DNA of 64,000 nucleotides, taken from an uncultured Clostridia bacterium (GTDB lineage Bacteria; Bacillota; Clostridia; Christensenellales; Borkfalkiaceae). A program made the position numbers and the translations under genes. Shown here piece after piece: positions 19,627-28,366 of this stretch; within the stretch, counting starts at the first letter, position 1, and each line of letters begins with the position of its first letter. The stretch covers positions 1,289-65,288 of the forward strand of contig CALVLK010000003.1 of the NCBI GenBank assembly GCA_944337235.1, read 5' to 3'. The notes under the pieces were generated by a model. The model was not told the origin of the DNA. It was given only the letters and a program-made list of their open reading frames with translations, and searched no databases.

Positions 19627-20465
19627 GCCTGCTGTTTTACGATCTCGCGGGAATTTTCCACCGCCCGGAACAACTCCGCAAGGGCATCGGTATCCGCCTC
19701 CGCCATGCGGCCCGCGTCGGCAAGGGCGGAAAATTCGGGCTGTATGGGAATGCGCGCCACAGGAACGCGGTATTCGTTGGCGAGCATGCCCGCCTTGCTC
19801 GCGCCGAACAGCTCCGTTTTCCTTCCGCAACCGGGGCAGGCGAAATAGCTCATATTCTCTGCAATGCCCAGAAGAGGCACGTTCATCATCTTTGCCATGT
19901 TGACCGCCTTCTTCACGATCATCTCGACAAGATCCTGCGGCGTGGTGACGATGACAACGCCGCTGAGCGGAATGCTCTGGAAGACGGAGAGGGGCACGTC
20001 GCCCGTTCCCGGGGGCATATCGATGAACATGATGTCGACGTCGTCCCATACGACGTCCGTCCAGAACTGCACGGCGGCGCCCGCGATGAGCGTGCCGCGC
20101 CAGATCACGGGGTCGTCCTCATGTTCCAGCAGGTTGTTCATCGACATCATCTGTATGCCGTTTGCCGCATAGACGGGATAGATCTCGTTCTCCTGCCCGT
20201 GCGCCCGCTCGTGCACGCCGAACATCCTGGGCACGGAGGGGCCCGTGATATCGGCGTCGAGCACGGCGGTGCGGTAGCCGAGTTTTGCCGCGCGCGCCGC
20301 AAGCAACGCCGTCACAAGCGACTTTCCCACGCCGCCCTTGCCGCTCGCCACAGCGACGACGCGCCGCACCTGCGCCTCGGGATGCAGCGGCTTAATAAAA
20401 GATTTCTTATCTCTCGTTCCGCAGTTGCTGCTGCAGGACGAGCATTCGCCCGTACAATTTGCCAT
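19623..20465 (-). CDS. Mrp/NBP35-family P-loop ATPase (Fe-S cluster carrier type)
   Basis: VAVASGKGGVGKS deviant Walker A. Cys-rich N-terminus CTGECSSCSSNC. CPGCG motif near the C-terminus. Confidence 0.85.
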   Translation of the reverse strand: MANCTGECSSCSSNCGTRDKKSFIKPLHPEAQVRRVVAVASGKGGVGKSLVTALLAARAAKLGYRTAVLDADITGPSVPRMFGVHERAHGQENEIYPVYAANGIQMMSMNNLLEHEDDPVIWRGTLIAGAAVQFWTDVVWDDVDIMFIDMPPGTGDVPLSVFQSIPLSGVVIVTTPQDLVEMIVKKAVNMAKMMNVPLLGIAENMSYFACPGCGRKTELFGASKAGMLANEYRVPVARIPIQPEFSALADAGRMAEADTDALAELFRAVENSREIVKQQA

Positions 20466-20495
20466 GATTCTGATCTCCCTTTTTTCGATTTTGCG

Positions 20496-22280
20496 CTATT
20501 TGCGCATGTTCAATGCGTAATATCTTCCCTTGCGCGCCATGAGCTCCTCATGCGAGCCCTCCTCTGCGATGCCCTTGTCCGCGATGAACAAAATCCTGTC
20601 GGCCTTGCGGATGGTGGAGAGGCGGTGCGCCACGATGAACGCCGTCTTGCCCGCAAGGATGCGGTCGAGCGCCTCCTGAATGAGCATCTCCGTCTCGGAG
20701 TCGATGGAGCTTGTCGCTTCGTCCAGGATGATGATCTTGGGATCTTTCAGCACGATGCGCGCAAAGGACAAGAGCTGCCGCTCGCCCGCCGAAAGCCCCT
20801 CGCCGCGCTCGCCGAGCACGGTGTTGTATCCGTCCGGCAGCCGCGCCGCCACGCGGTCGCAATAGATCGCCTCCGCCGCCGCGATGCACTGTTCGTCCGT
20901 CGCCTCGGGCGTGCCGTAGCGGATATTGTCGAGCACCGTTCCCTTGAAGATGAAGGGCTCCTGCATGAGCACGCCGATCTTTTTGCGCAGCGAATGCAGC
21001 GTGAGGTCGCGCACGTCGATCCCGTCCACCTTCACGCTCCCCTCCTGCACGTCGTAGAAGCGGGTGAGCAGGTTGATGACCGTCGTCTTGCCCGCGCCCG
21101 TCGGGCCGACCAGCGCGATCTTCTGCCCCGGCGCGACATGCAGCGAAAAATGCTCGAGCACGTTGATGCCCGGCTCATAGCCGAACGTCACGTCGCAGTA
21201 CTCCACCTCGCCGCGCACGTCGCCGAGCGCAAGGGCAGAGGGTTTGTCGCTGATCGTGACGGGCGTATCGATGGTCTCGTACACGCGCTCCAGGTTGGCA
21301 GAGACCTGCGCCAGCTGCTGCATGACCGCGGCGATCTGCAAAAGCGGCGCCGAACACAGGTTGATATACAGCAAAAAAGCAATGACCGTGCCCGCCATGG
21401 CCGTATTCCCGCCCGTGATGAGCGCAAACGCCACCGTGTACATGGCAAGGATGCCTGCGTTCCAGAAAAATTCCGAAACGGGGGCATTCATCTCGTTGCG
21501 GCGCACGATCTTCATCCACGTCCTGGCGCTGTCCTCCTGCAGATCGAGGTAGATCTCGTGATTGTATGCCGAACGGTTGTTGTTCTTGATGACCTTCTCG
21601 CCCATAATGGACTCGACGATGAAGGCGTTGCGGTTGGAATTTTTGGCGCGGTGCTTGCGGAACAGCCGCCGGATGGAGCGGCGCAGCAGCATGACGCACA
21701 CGACAAGCGGGATCACCGCCGCGTAGATGACCCCCGTCAGCGTGGGGCTGAGGCAGAGCATAAAGACCGTTGCCACGACGATCTTGAGGAAGTCCACGAT
21801 GAAATTGAGCAGATACTCGGTGAAGAAATCGGCAAGCTCGTTGATATAGTCGGTGACGCGAATGGAGATCTTGCCCGCAGGGCGGGTGTCGTAATATTCA
21901 AAGGGCAGCTCCTGCAGATGCAGAAAGATGTCGCGGCGGACCTGCGCGATGACGCCGTGGCCGATGGTGCCCATGATGCGCTTCTGAAAATAGGGCAGAA
22001 CCGCGGTGAGCACGCCCAGAACGCCCAGGCCGATCATGTACAGCGTCAGCGTGCGCGTAATCTCCTCCCCCTCTCTTGCGGCGGGGATGAGGTCGTTGAC
22101 CACCGTGCGGATGATGATCGGGGGGATGAGTGCGACCACCGACGAGGCCACGAGCAGCACAAGCGCCAGATAGAACAGCTTGCGGCGGGAGCGGATGCTC
22201 GAGAGCAGCCGTTTGAAGTATTTGATGTCCACCTTGTCGGCGGCAACCTCTTCGTCCATGAAATAGGTATTGCGTTTCAT
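20496..22280 (-). CDS. ABC exporter, fused permease/ATPase (half transporter B)
   Basis: 594 aa with 6-TM domain, Walker A GPTGAGKTT, signature LSAGERQ and Walker B IIILDEATS. Confidence 0.9.
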   Translation of the reverse strand: MKRNTYFMDEEVAADKVDIKYFKRLLSSIRSRRKLFYLALVLLVASSVVALIPPIIIRTVVNDLIPAAREGEEITRTLTLYMIGLGVLGVLTAVLPYFQKRIMGTIGHGVIAQVRRDIFLHLQELPFEYYDTRPAGKISIRVTDYINELADFFTEYLLNFIVDFLKIVVATVFMLCLSPTLTGVIYAAVIPLVVCVMLLRRSIRRLFRKHRAKNSNRNAFIVESIMGEKVIKNNNRSAYNHEIYLDLQEDSARTWMKIVRRNEMNAPVSEFFWNAGILAMYTVAFALITGGNTAMAGTVIAFLLYINLCSAPLLQIAAVMQQLAQVSANLERVYETIDTPVTISDKPSALALGDVRGEVEYCDVTFGYEPGINVLEHFSLHVAPGQKIALVGPTGAGKTTVINLLTRFYDVQEGSVKVDGIDVRDLTLHSLRKKIGVLMQEPFIFKGTVLDNIRYGTPEATDEQCIAAAEAIYCDRVAARLPDGYNTVLGERGEGLSAGERQLLSFARIVLKDPKIIILDEATSSIDSETEMLIQEALDRILAGKTAFIVAHRLSTIRKADRILFIADKGIAEEGSHEELMARKGRYYALNMRK

Positions 22281-24100
22281 CAGATCTCCCCCTTCCCGTA
22301 AGAGGAATCGTCGAGCTGGCCGTCGCTCTCCTGCAGACGCCAGATGGCGGCGAACACGCCGTTTTGCGCGATCAGTTCCTGCGCGGTGCCGCGCTCGATG
22401 ATCTCGCCGTCTCTGAGGTAGATGATCTCGTCGCAGTCCATGACGGAGGACACGCGGTGCGTGGCGATGATGACCGTCTTATCGGGGCACTCCCGCTTGA
22501 GCGAGGTGAGCACGCGGCGCTCCGTCGCCATATCGAGCGCGGAGGAGGCGTCGTCGAGGATGAGCACGGGCGCGCCCTTGATGACGGCGCGCGCAATGGA
22601 GATGCGCTGTTTCTGCCCGCCCGAAAGCCCCATGCCCCGTTCGCCGACGATGGTGTTGTAGCCTTCATCCAGCCGCGCGATGAAGGTCGATGCCTGCGCC
22701 GTCTCCGCCGCGGCATAGACGTCCTGCTCATCACAGTCGGGGCGGGCAAAGGCAATGTTGGCGTCGATCGTGTTGGAGAAGAGAAAGACGTCCTGAAAGA
22801 CATAGGCATATTCCGCACGCACCGTCTCGAGCGAAAATTCGCGGATATCCCTGCCGTTGATGGTGATGCTGCCGCTCGTCACGTCGAAGATGCGCGAAAG
22901 GCTCTTGAGCAGCGCCGATTTTCCGCTGCCCGTGCCGCCCATGACGCCCAGCTTCTTGCCGTACGGCAGGTCGAGGTCGATATTTTTGAGCACCTGCTTC
23001 TCGCCGAATACAAGTCCGACGCCCTGCAATGCGATATGCGGGTGCGGCTCGGCGACGAGCACGGTGCCCGTATCGTGCACGGCGCCCTCCTCTGTGAGGA
23101 ACTTCTTCAGCCGGCTGCCGGAGACGAGCTGATTCTGCATCTGGAAGCAGGCGCGCGAGATCTGCGTGATGTGCGAAATGAACTTGGTGACGTAGGTCGT
23201 AGAGGCGGTGAGCGCGCCCGGGGCGATGCTCATGGAGAGCACGAGCTGAATGGCGACGATGATCGTGCCGACATAGCCGATCTGCTGGAAGAGCAAAAAG
23301 ATGCTGTCGTACTTGGAGGTGAGCCGTACCTGCTGCATGCTCAGATCGTAGATGCGGCGGTTGCATTCGTCGAACTTCTTCATCTCCTCGTCCTCGCCCG
23401 CAAAGGAACGCACGATGCGCACGGCGTCGATATTCTCCTGTACGTCGAGGTTGATGCGCGAATAGCTCTCGCGGATGGCGCGGAAGAGCTGATGCGCGCG
23501 CTTCAGATACCGCACGAGCGCCACGATGAAGAAGGGCGCGACCGCAACGGGGATGAACAGCAGGCGATAGTCGAAGGAGGCAAGCATGCACACCGAGAAC
23601 ACGAGCATGCACGTCGAATCGAAGATGTTCATGAAGATGCGCGAGTACATCTCTTTGAAGATGATGGTGTCGCGGTTCATGGTCGTGAGCAGTTCGCCCA
23701 TGTTATAGCGCGAGATCGTTTCGCCGTCTAACGTCAAAAGCTGCGTGTATGTCTTTTCGCGCAAGTCGCACTCCATGCGCAGACCGCACCACTGAAAGGT
23801 GACGTTCTTTATGTACAGAAAGAGGATGCGGCAGAGAAAGACGCATACAAAGACGAGCGCAAGCCAGCCGAACAGCTCCCATGTGGCGGGCTCGCCCAGC
23901 CGCCCGTCCACCAAAAAGCCGAAAAATCCCTCGTCGGCGGGATTCTGCGGGTCGTATGCGAGAATGTAATCGATGATCACCGCGTCGAGCAGCGGCAGCG
24001 AAATGTCGCAGAGCATGGCGATCAGCGAACAGATCTTCGAGAGAACGGAGAGGGGCAGATAGCGCTTCCAGTAGCGCATGCCAAAGCGAAAGGTGTCCAT
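22280..24100 (-). CDS. ABC exporter, fused permease/ATPase (half transporter A)
   Basis: 606 aa with GGTGSGKSA, LSGGQKQR and ILILDDASS. One-nt overlap with the partner gene, implying a heterodimer. Confidence 0.9.
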   Translation of the reverse strand: MDTFRFGMRYWKRYLPLSVLSKICSLIAMLCDISLPLLDAVIIDYILAYDPQNPADEGFFGFLVDGRLGEPATWELFGWLALVFVCVFLCRILFLYIKNVTFQWCGLRMECDLREKTYTQLLTLDGETISRYNMGELLTTMNRDTIIFKEMYSRIFMNIFDSTCMLVFSVCMLASFDYRLLFIPVAVAPFFIVALVRYLKRAHQLFRAIRESYSRINLDVQENIDAVRIVRSFAGEDEEMKKFDECNRRIYDLSMQQVRLTSKYDSIFLLFQQIGYVGTIIVAIQLVLSMSIAPGALTASTTYVTKFISHITQISRACFQMQNQLVSGSRLKKFLTEEGAVHDTGTVLVAEPHPHIALQGVGLVFGEKQVLKNIDLDLPYGKKLGVMGGTGSGKSALLKSLSRIFDVTSGSITINGRDIREFSLETVRAEYAYVFQDVFLFSNTIDANIAFARPDCDEQDVYAAAETAQASTFIARLDEGYNTIVGERGMGLSGGQKQRISIARAVIKGAPVLILDDASSALDMATERRVLTSLKRECPDKTVIIATHRVSSVMDCDEIIYLRDGEIIERGTAQELIAQNGVFAAIWRLQESDGQLDDSSYGKGEI

Positions 24101-24126
24101 GAAAGTACTCCGATAAACCGCCCCCT

Positions 24127-24155
24127 ATTTTAGCATGTTTGCCCGAATTCGACAA
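24127..24155 (-). promoter_or_regulatory. Candidate promoter of ABC exporter pair
   Basis: Minus strand reads TTGTCG, 17 nt, TGcTAAAAT. Confidence 0.5.
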
Positions 24156-24207
24156 CTATTCTTACCCGCCAAAACAATAAAATTTTGCCCGTTTGCCGCG
24201 GAAATGC

Positions 24208-24236
24208 TTGCAAAATATTTTCGGATTGGTTATACT
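24208..24236 (+). promoter_or_regulatory. Promoter of SRP RNA
   Basis: TTGCAA, 17 nt, TATACT, ending about 7 nt before the RNA homology starts. Confidence 0.6.
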
Positions 24237-24243
24237 GTGATTA

Positions 24244-24510
24244 CTGTGATAGGCGGGGAGTTAGCGGTGCCCTGTATCTGCAATCCGCTATAGCAGAGCC
24301 GAACGCTTTTCTCGGTGCGGCATATGGAAGGCTGCGCGCGGTAAGGAATGTTGATCACAAGGTCTTATGCAACGTACCTCTGCGAACCGTGTCAGGGTAG
24401 GGATACAGCAGCACTAAACAGCCCGGTGCGTGTGCCATAAGGTAGCTTTGTGGGAGTCACCTGCCACGTTCCCGCTTCGGTGTGCCGCAACAAAAAAAGC
24501 CCTCACAGTT
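24244..24510 (+). ncRNA. ffs: Signal recognition particle RNA, long (Bacillus-type) form with Alu domain; ends approximate (+/-15 nt)
   Basis: GGCGGGGAGUUAGCGGUGCCCUGUAUCUGCAAUCCGCUAUAGCAGAGCCGAA closely matches the Alu domain of B. subtilis scRNA as I recall it. The domain IV core GUCAGG..AGCAGC...GCGUGUGCC..GGUAGCU is also present. Confidence 0.8.
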
Positions 24511-24596
24511 TTTTTCTGCAATTTTCGCCCCTTAGCCAAGGCGGCTGTAAAAGATCAAACGCAACGATCACGCCCCGCACAAAGGGCATAAAAGGA

Positions 24597-24624
24597 ACTG
24601 TCCCCGCGCGTTCGCGCGGGGACA
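24597..24624. terminator. Strong bidirectional terminator (aminopeptidase gene / SRP RNA side)
   Basis: 12-13-bp stem CTGTCCCCGCGC / GCGCGGGGACAG with T-runs on both strands. Confidence 0.7.
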
Positions 24625-24631
24625 GAATTTT

Positions 24632-26035
24632 TTACTTCATGAATGCCAGAAAGGCTTTGTAGTTGCTGTAGAGGTCTGCCTTGGAGATGAGCTCCCACGG
24701 GGCGTGCATGGAGAGCACGGGCACACCCAGATCGACGGTGTCGATGTTCAGCTTGGCGACATACTTTGCAACGGTTCCGCCGCCGCCTGCGTCCACCTTG
24801 CCCAGCTCTGCCGTCTGCCATACGACGCCGTTTTCGGCAAACGCCTTGCGGATCTCGCCGATGAATTCGGCAGAGGCATCGTTGCTGCCGCTCTTGCCGC
24901 CCGCGCCCGTGAACTTGCACATGGCGGTGCCGCAGGAGATGAAGGCGGTGTTCATCTTTTCGAATACGCTCGGGAAGTTGGGATCGTACGCTGCCGTCAC
25001 GTCGGACGAAAGGCACTTGCTTGCCGCCTTCACCTTGCGGAAGTTGGCGCCGAAGGCGAGCGCGATCTCTTCGATAATGTCCTCATAGACCTTGCATTGC
25101 AGGCCCGTCGTGCCCTCGCTGCCGATCTCCTCCTTGTCCACCAGCATGGCGAGCACGGTATGCTCGCTCTCGCCGTCCAGAAGCGCCGTCAGCGCGGGAT
25201 AGGAGCAGACCCTGTCATCGTGGCCGTATGCGCCGATGAGCGCCCCGTCGAACCCGACGTCGCGCGCGGGGAAGGCGGGCACGGCGCAGAGCTCTGCCGA
25301 GAGAAAATCCTCTTCGCACATGCCGTACTTGTCGTTGAGAATGCTCAGAACGGTGAGCTTGACCTTGTCGTTTACCTCTTTGTCGTCGTAAGGAAGGCCG
25401 CCCACGAGCACGTTGAGCTGTTCGCCCTCGATAAGCTTGTTGGCGGGGCCAGCCATCTGCTCTCTGCCGAGGTGGGGCAGAATGTCCGTGATGCAGAACA
25501 CGGGGTCGCCGGGCTCCTCGCCCACGCGGATCTCTACCTTTCTGCCGTCTTTGAGCACGACGGCCCCATGCAGCGCAAGCGGGATCGCCGTCCACTGATA
25601 TTTTTTGATGCCGCCGTAATAGTGCGTCTTCAGAAAGGCAAGGTTGCCATCTTCGTACAGCGGATTCTGCTTGATATCTACGCGGGGCGCGTCGATGTGC
25701 GAGGCGATGATGCGCACGCCATCCTCTTCGAGGTTCTTGCTCCCCACGCGGAAGAGCACGACGCTCTTGCCGCGGTTGATAAAATACTTCTTGTCGCCGA
25801 CGGCAAGGCGGTCACCCAGGCGGTATTCGGTGAAGCCCTTCTCCTGCGCTGCCTTTACGCAGTAGTCGCATGCCTCGCGCTCCGTCTTGGCGGCGTCGAG
25901 GAATGCCTTGTAGCCCTCGGCATAGTCGTACATCTCCTTGCGTTCGGCGGCAGAGGCCGTCTCGAAATAGTTGGTGCGCTTATAGCTCAGTTGTTCCTGT
26001 TTTTTCTGACCCATGGTCTTTTCCGTTTCAGCCAT
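24632..26035 (-). CDS. M18-family aminopeptidase
   Basis: Start MAETEK follows a GGAGGAA RBS. About 467 aa with family-typical HIDAPR, DKEEIGSEG and SMHAPWE motifs. Confidence 0.85.
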   Translation of the reverse strand: MAETEKTMGQKKQEQLSYKRTNYFETASAAERKEMYDYAEGYKAFLDAAKTEREACDYCVKAAQEKGFTEYRLGDRLAVGDKKYFINRGKSVVLFRVGSKNLEEDGVRIIASHIDAPRVDIKQNPLYEDGNLAFLKTHYYGGIKKYQWTAIPLALHGAVVLKDGRKVEIRVGEEPGDPVFCITDILPHLGREQMAGPANKLIEGEQLNVLVGGLPYDDKEVNDKVKLTVLSILNDKYGMCEEDFLSAELCAVPAFPARDVGFDGALIGAYGHDDRVCSYPALTALLDGESEHTVLAMLVDKEEIGSEGTTGLQCKVYEDIIEEIALAFGANFRKVKAASKCLSSDVTAAYDPNFPSVFEKMNTAFISCGTAMCKFTGAGGKSGSNDASAEFIGEIRKAFAENGVVWQTAELGKVDAGGGGTVAKYVAKLNIDTVDLGVPVLSMHAPWELISKADLYSNYKAFLAFMK

Positions 26036-26210
26036 AGATTCCTCCATGCGTTTTTCTTTTATTATAGCACGCACGTTTGCAAAACGCAACTTTTTCGCCG
26101 ACCGTCGCGCACGCGTTCATGGAGCTTTCACATGCGCCGCAGATTTTTGAGGTGGCACGGCGCAGCCGTGTCGGAGGTATTGTCGTTTTATATGAGCGGT
26201 ACAGGTAACC

Positions 26211-26467
26211 CACAATCCCCCCTTCTATTCCCCCCTTTGTGCATTTCATGCACAAAGGGGGGCTAAAAGAGAGAAGCGCTCCGCTTGCCTGTCTCGCCGC
26301 CATCAAGGAAGGCATGGCGGCTCGGTCAACGCTCGCACCTGCATATGTGCTCGCTCATCTCACTTCGGCACGCACAACGGGTGTCCGTTGTGCTATGAAA
26401 TGCCTCGTTCGTCCCCCCTTTACACAAAGGGGGCTGGGATAGCGATTATTCCCCTTTGCACAAAGGG
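26211..26467. repeat. Second locus of the C-run/G-run hairpin repeat family
   Basis: Perfect 15-bp hairpin at 26230-26262. 9-bp hairpin at 26372-26393. CCCCCTTT..AAAGGGGG copies at 26413-26433 and 26451-26467. Shares a 40-nt module and a GGGATAGCG tail with 1711-2000. Confidence 0.7.
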
Positions 26468-26518
26468 AGGCTTGAAGAGCGAAGCGCAGCGTTGCATTTT
26501 TCGCCATGATACAGCAAA

Positions 26519-26548
26519 CCCGCCGCCCTGCAAATGCAGGGCGGCGGG
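26519..26548 (-). terminator. Terminator after prepilin-fusion gene
   Basis: 13-bp GC-rich stem CCCGCCGCCCTGC / GCAGGGCGGCGGG followed by TTTG on the minus strand. Confidence 0.65.
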
Positions 26549-26575
26549 GGAAATATAGTTTACATTGTATGCCAA

Positions 26576-27679
26576 TTAAGTAGCTGAACCCGTGGGAGCC
26601 GCTGTAAGCATCAGAAGCCCCTTATAATAGTACCCCTCTGAATAAGAATAGTTCGCTGCCACATTAGTAGTCTCTGATATATCAGCGTCTTCGGGCAAAA
26701 GTTCGGTAAGCACACCGTCGTCCGACGTATATGTCGTAAACGATGTTTCATCGCCACGCTTAAATGCGCCCTTGTAGATTTTATATCTGTTGTTCAAGGC
26801 ATAATTAAAGCTTGTTGCTGGGGTCGTGTTATCATAAATTAAGAAACCCTCGGCCCCGAAGGTGAAAGAAGGCGCCGCTGGTTCATCATAGCCAATAATT
26901 ACGCTTGAGTACATAGTACCTTCACTATAAATAATATAGCCCGTTGTGTTTGTATTAGTAAAGGTACCGCCATTGATAATGGCTGCTGGGCTTCTATCAT
27001 AAATCCCGATAATGGCAAGGCAATTCCCGGTAAAGGTACCCCCGTTGATCGTGAAATTCTCCTTCGTGGCCTTGATCATGACCGTGTTTTCCATGGCGGT
27101 TTCTTCGTCGCCAGCGATGAACGTGCCTCCGTTTATGACAAGATCATTGGCATGGCTGCCGCTGTAATCAATGATACACTGAGCGCCGTTTGCATCAAAC
27201 ATACCACCCTTGATGGTAAGATTGGTATTGACTCTGATCATAAATTCATCGTCCGCATTGCCGATGAAGTTGGCAGAAGGTTCGATCGTGGTTTCGCCGA
27301 CATCGGTAAAGCTGCACATGCCTGTAATGGTCGAATTGGCAATGTTGAGTGATTCCAACCCATAACAATACATGGCATAATTCCCGGGATTTGCGGTAAT
27401 GGTAACATTATCCAAATACAGCTCTACATCTACTACTTCATGCTCCACATATGTACCAAACAGAGCATTTAAATCAGTTCTAACGCCTGTTGCTTTATCC
27501 ACAATGTTTCCATTTTGGAAGGAGACAGGGATTGATGTATATCCCTCAACAGGCTCATAAATTTCTATATAGGCAGAGGGGAACTCACTGTCAGTTAATT
27601 CCAACGTATTACCACCCAAATCGATGTCAACAGGTTTTCTGATAATCAAAAGATCCGTTGTAATGTCTTCCGTGAGCAA
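26576..27679 (-). CDS. Repeat-rich (INGGTF, beta-helix-like) extracellular domain ORF; same frame as the prepilin ORF upstream, separated by a single TAA
   Basis: The 367-aa track ORF begins at TTG. The frame stays open for 65 further codons upstream, to the TAA at 27875-27877. Repeats LVINGGTF, FTINGGTF, AIINGGTF and LTIKGGMF. Confidence 0.55.
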   Translation of the reverse strand: MLTEDITTDLLIIRKPVDIDLGGNTLELTDSEFPSAYIEIYEPVEGYTSIPVSFQNGNIVDKATGVRTDLNALFGTYVEHEVVDVELYLDNVTITANPGNYAMYCYGLESLNIANSTITGMCSFTDVGETTIEPSANFIGNADDEFMIRVNTNLTIKGGMFDANGAQCIIDYSGSHANDLVINGGTFIAGDEETAMENTVMIKATKENFTINGGTFTGNCLAIIGIYDRSPAAIINGGTFTNTNTTGYIIYSEGTMYSSVIIGYDEPAAPSFTFGAEGFLIYDNTTPATSFNYALNNRYKIYKGAFKRGDETSFTTYTSDDGVLTELLPEDADISETTNVAANYSYSEGYYYKGLLMLTAAPTGSAT

Positions 27680-27874
27680 AATGGTTTCGCCGGGATCGGC
27701 TGCGTTTAAAGCGGCCGTAAGTTCTTCTGCCGATGCAGCCGATCTGGGCTGCAGAGGCTCGTATTCTCCCTCCGCAAGTACAGTACCGGCATACTGTTCG
27801 GGATAGATAACACGAGGTTCATTTGCTTCGTTAAAGTCATAGATGACGATAACATTCTCTTCTTGCAGCCAGCC

Positions 27875-28147
27875 TTAATATCTGCCCGCGACATTGGAGA
27901 CAAAATTCTGATAGCCGTTCTCTTCGAGAAGCGCGCGCACTTCGTCTACGTTTTCGGGTGCGCCGTCTACACTTTCGACCGCGAGGATCGTGTTCATGTT
28001 CGTCACGTTCTGTTCGTCGGCAGAGACGTTTGCGCGATTCACAAGCGATACAAATGTGGGGATGAGTACCGCCGCCAGGATCGCAATGACTGCGATCACG
28101 ATGACGAGCTCTACGATCGTAAAGCCCTTCTTGCAATGTTTTTTCAT
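27875..28147 (-). CDS. Prepilin-type N-terminal cleavage/methylation domain protein (90 aa as written)
   Basis: ATG at 28147 follows a GGGAGAAG RBS. MKKHCKKGFTIVELVIVIAVIAILAAVLIPTF is the class III signal with conserved G/F..E and a hydrophobic helix. Confidence 0.7.
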   Translation of the reverse strand: MKKHCKKGFTIVELVIVIAVIAILAAVLIPTFVSLVNRANVSADEQNVTNMNTILAVESVDGAPENVDEVRALLEENGYQNFVSNVAGRY

Positions 28148-28235
28148 CTTTTTCTTCTCCCTAAAAGATTTTTTAAGAAAAAGGCCGCCCACGATCCGGA
28201 ATCCGGAAACATACAGACGTCCTTTTCTCACTCAA

Positions 28236-28264
28236 AGTTTATCACCTTCTCGTAAATAATGCAA
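28236..28264 (-). promoter_or_regulatory. Candidate promoter of prepilin-type gene
   Basis: Minus strand reads TTGCAT, 17 nt, TAAACT. Confidence 0.4.
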
Positions 28265-28314
28265 GCGTTTCATGTAATTTTTTGTGGTTTTTTGGAAAAT
28301 TATTTTTAAGAAGT

Positions 28315-28351
28315 ATATAAAACGGCGAAGCGATATTTTCGCTTCGCCGTT
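28315..28351 (-). terminator. Terminator after hypothetical membrane protein gene
   Basis: 12-bp stem AACGGCGAAGCG / CGCTTCGCCGTT followed by TTTATATA on the minus strand. Confidence 0.65.
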
Positions 28352-28366
28352 TCTGCAGCAATGTGA

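Noticed and set aside
20121-22301. 726-aa plus-strand ORF
   Set aside because: Antisense shadow of the ABC exporter gene, which has unambiguous Walker and signature motifs.
24516-24596. Possible additional small RNA or degenerate repeat copy (GCCCCGCACAAAGGGC) between the SRP RNA and the terminator
   Set aside because: It has only weak similarity to the repeat family and no independent promoter. It is more simply the SRP RNA precursor trailer.
1700-26480. Idea that the two repeat loci are boundaries of a 24-kb mobile island
   Set aside because: The enclosed genes are core housekeeping genes (pta-ackA, rpmF, tmcAL, SRP RNA). I saw no integrase, transposase or tRNA target. The repeats look like dispersed REP-like elements instead.
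27875-27877. Possibility that TAA is reassigned as a sense codon in this organism
   Set aside because: TAA is used as the terminal stop of well-defined genes in the same window, for example the giant protease at 56609-56611 and the FAD protein at 15920-15922. A genome-wide reassignment is therefore not supported.
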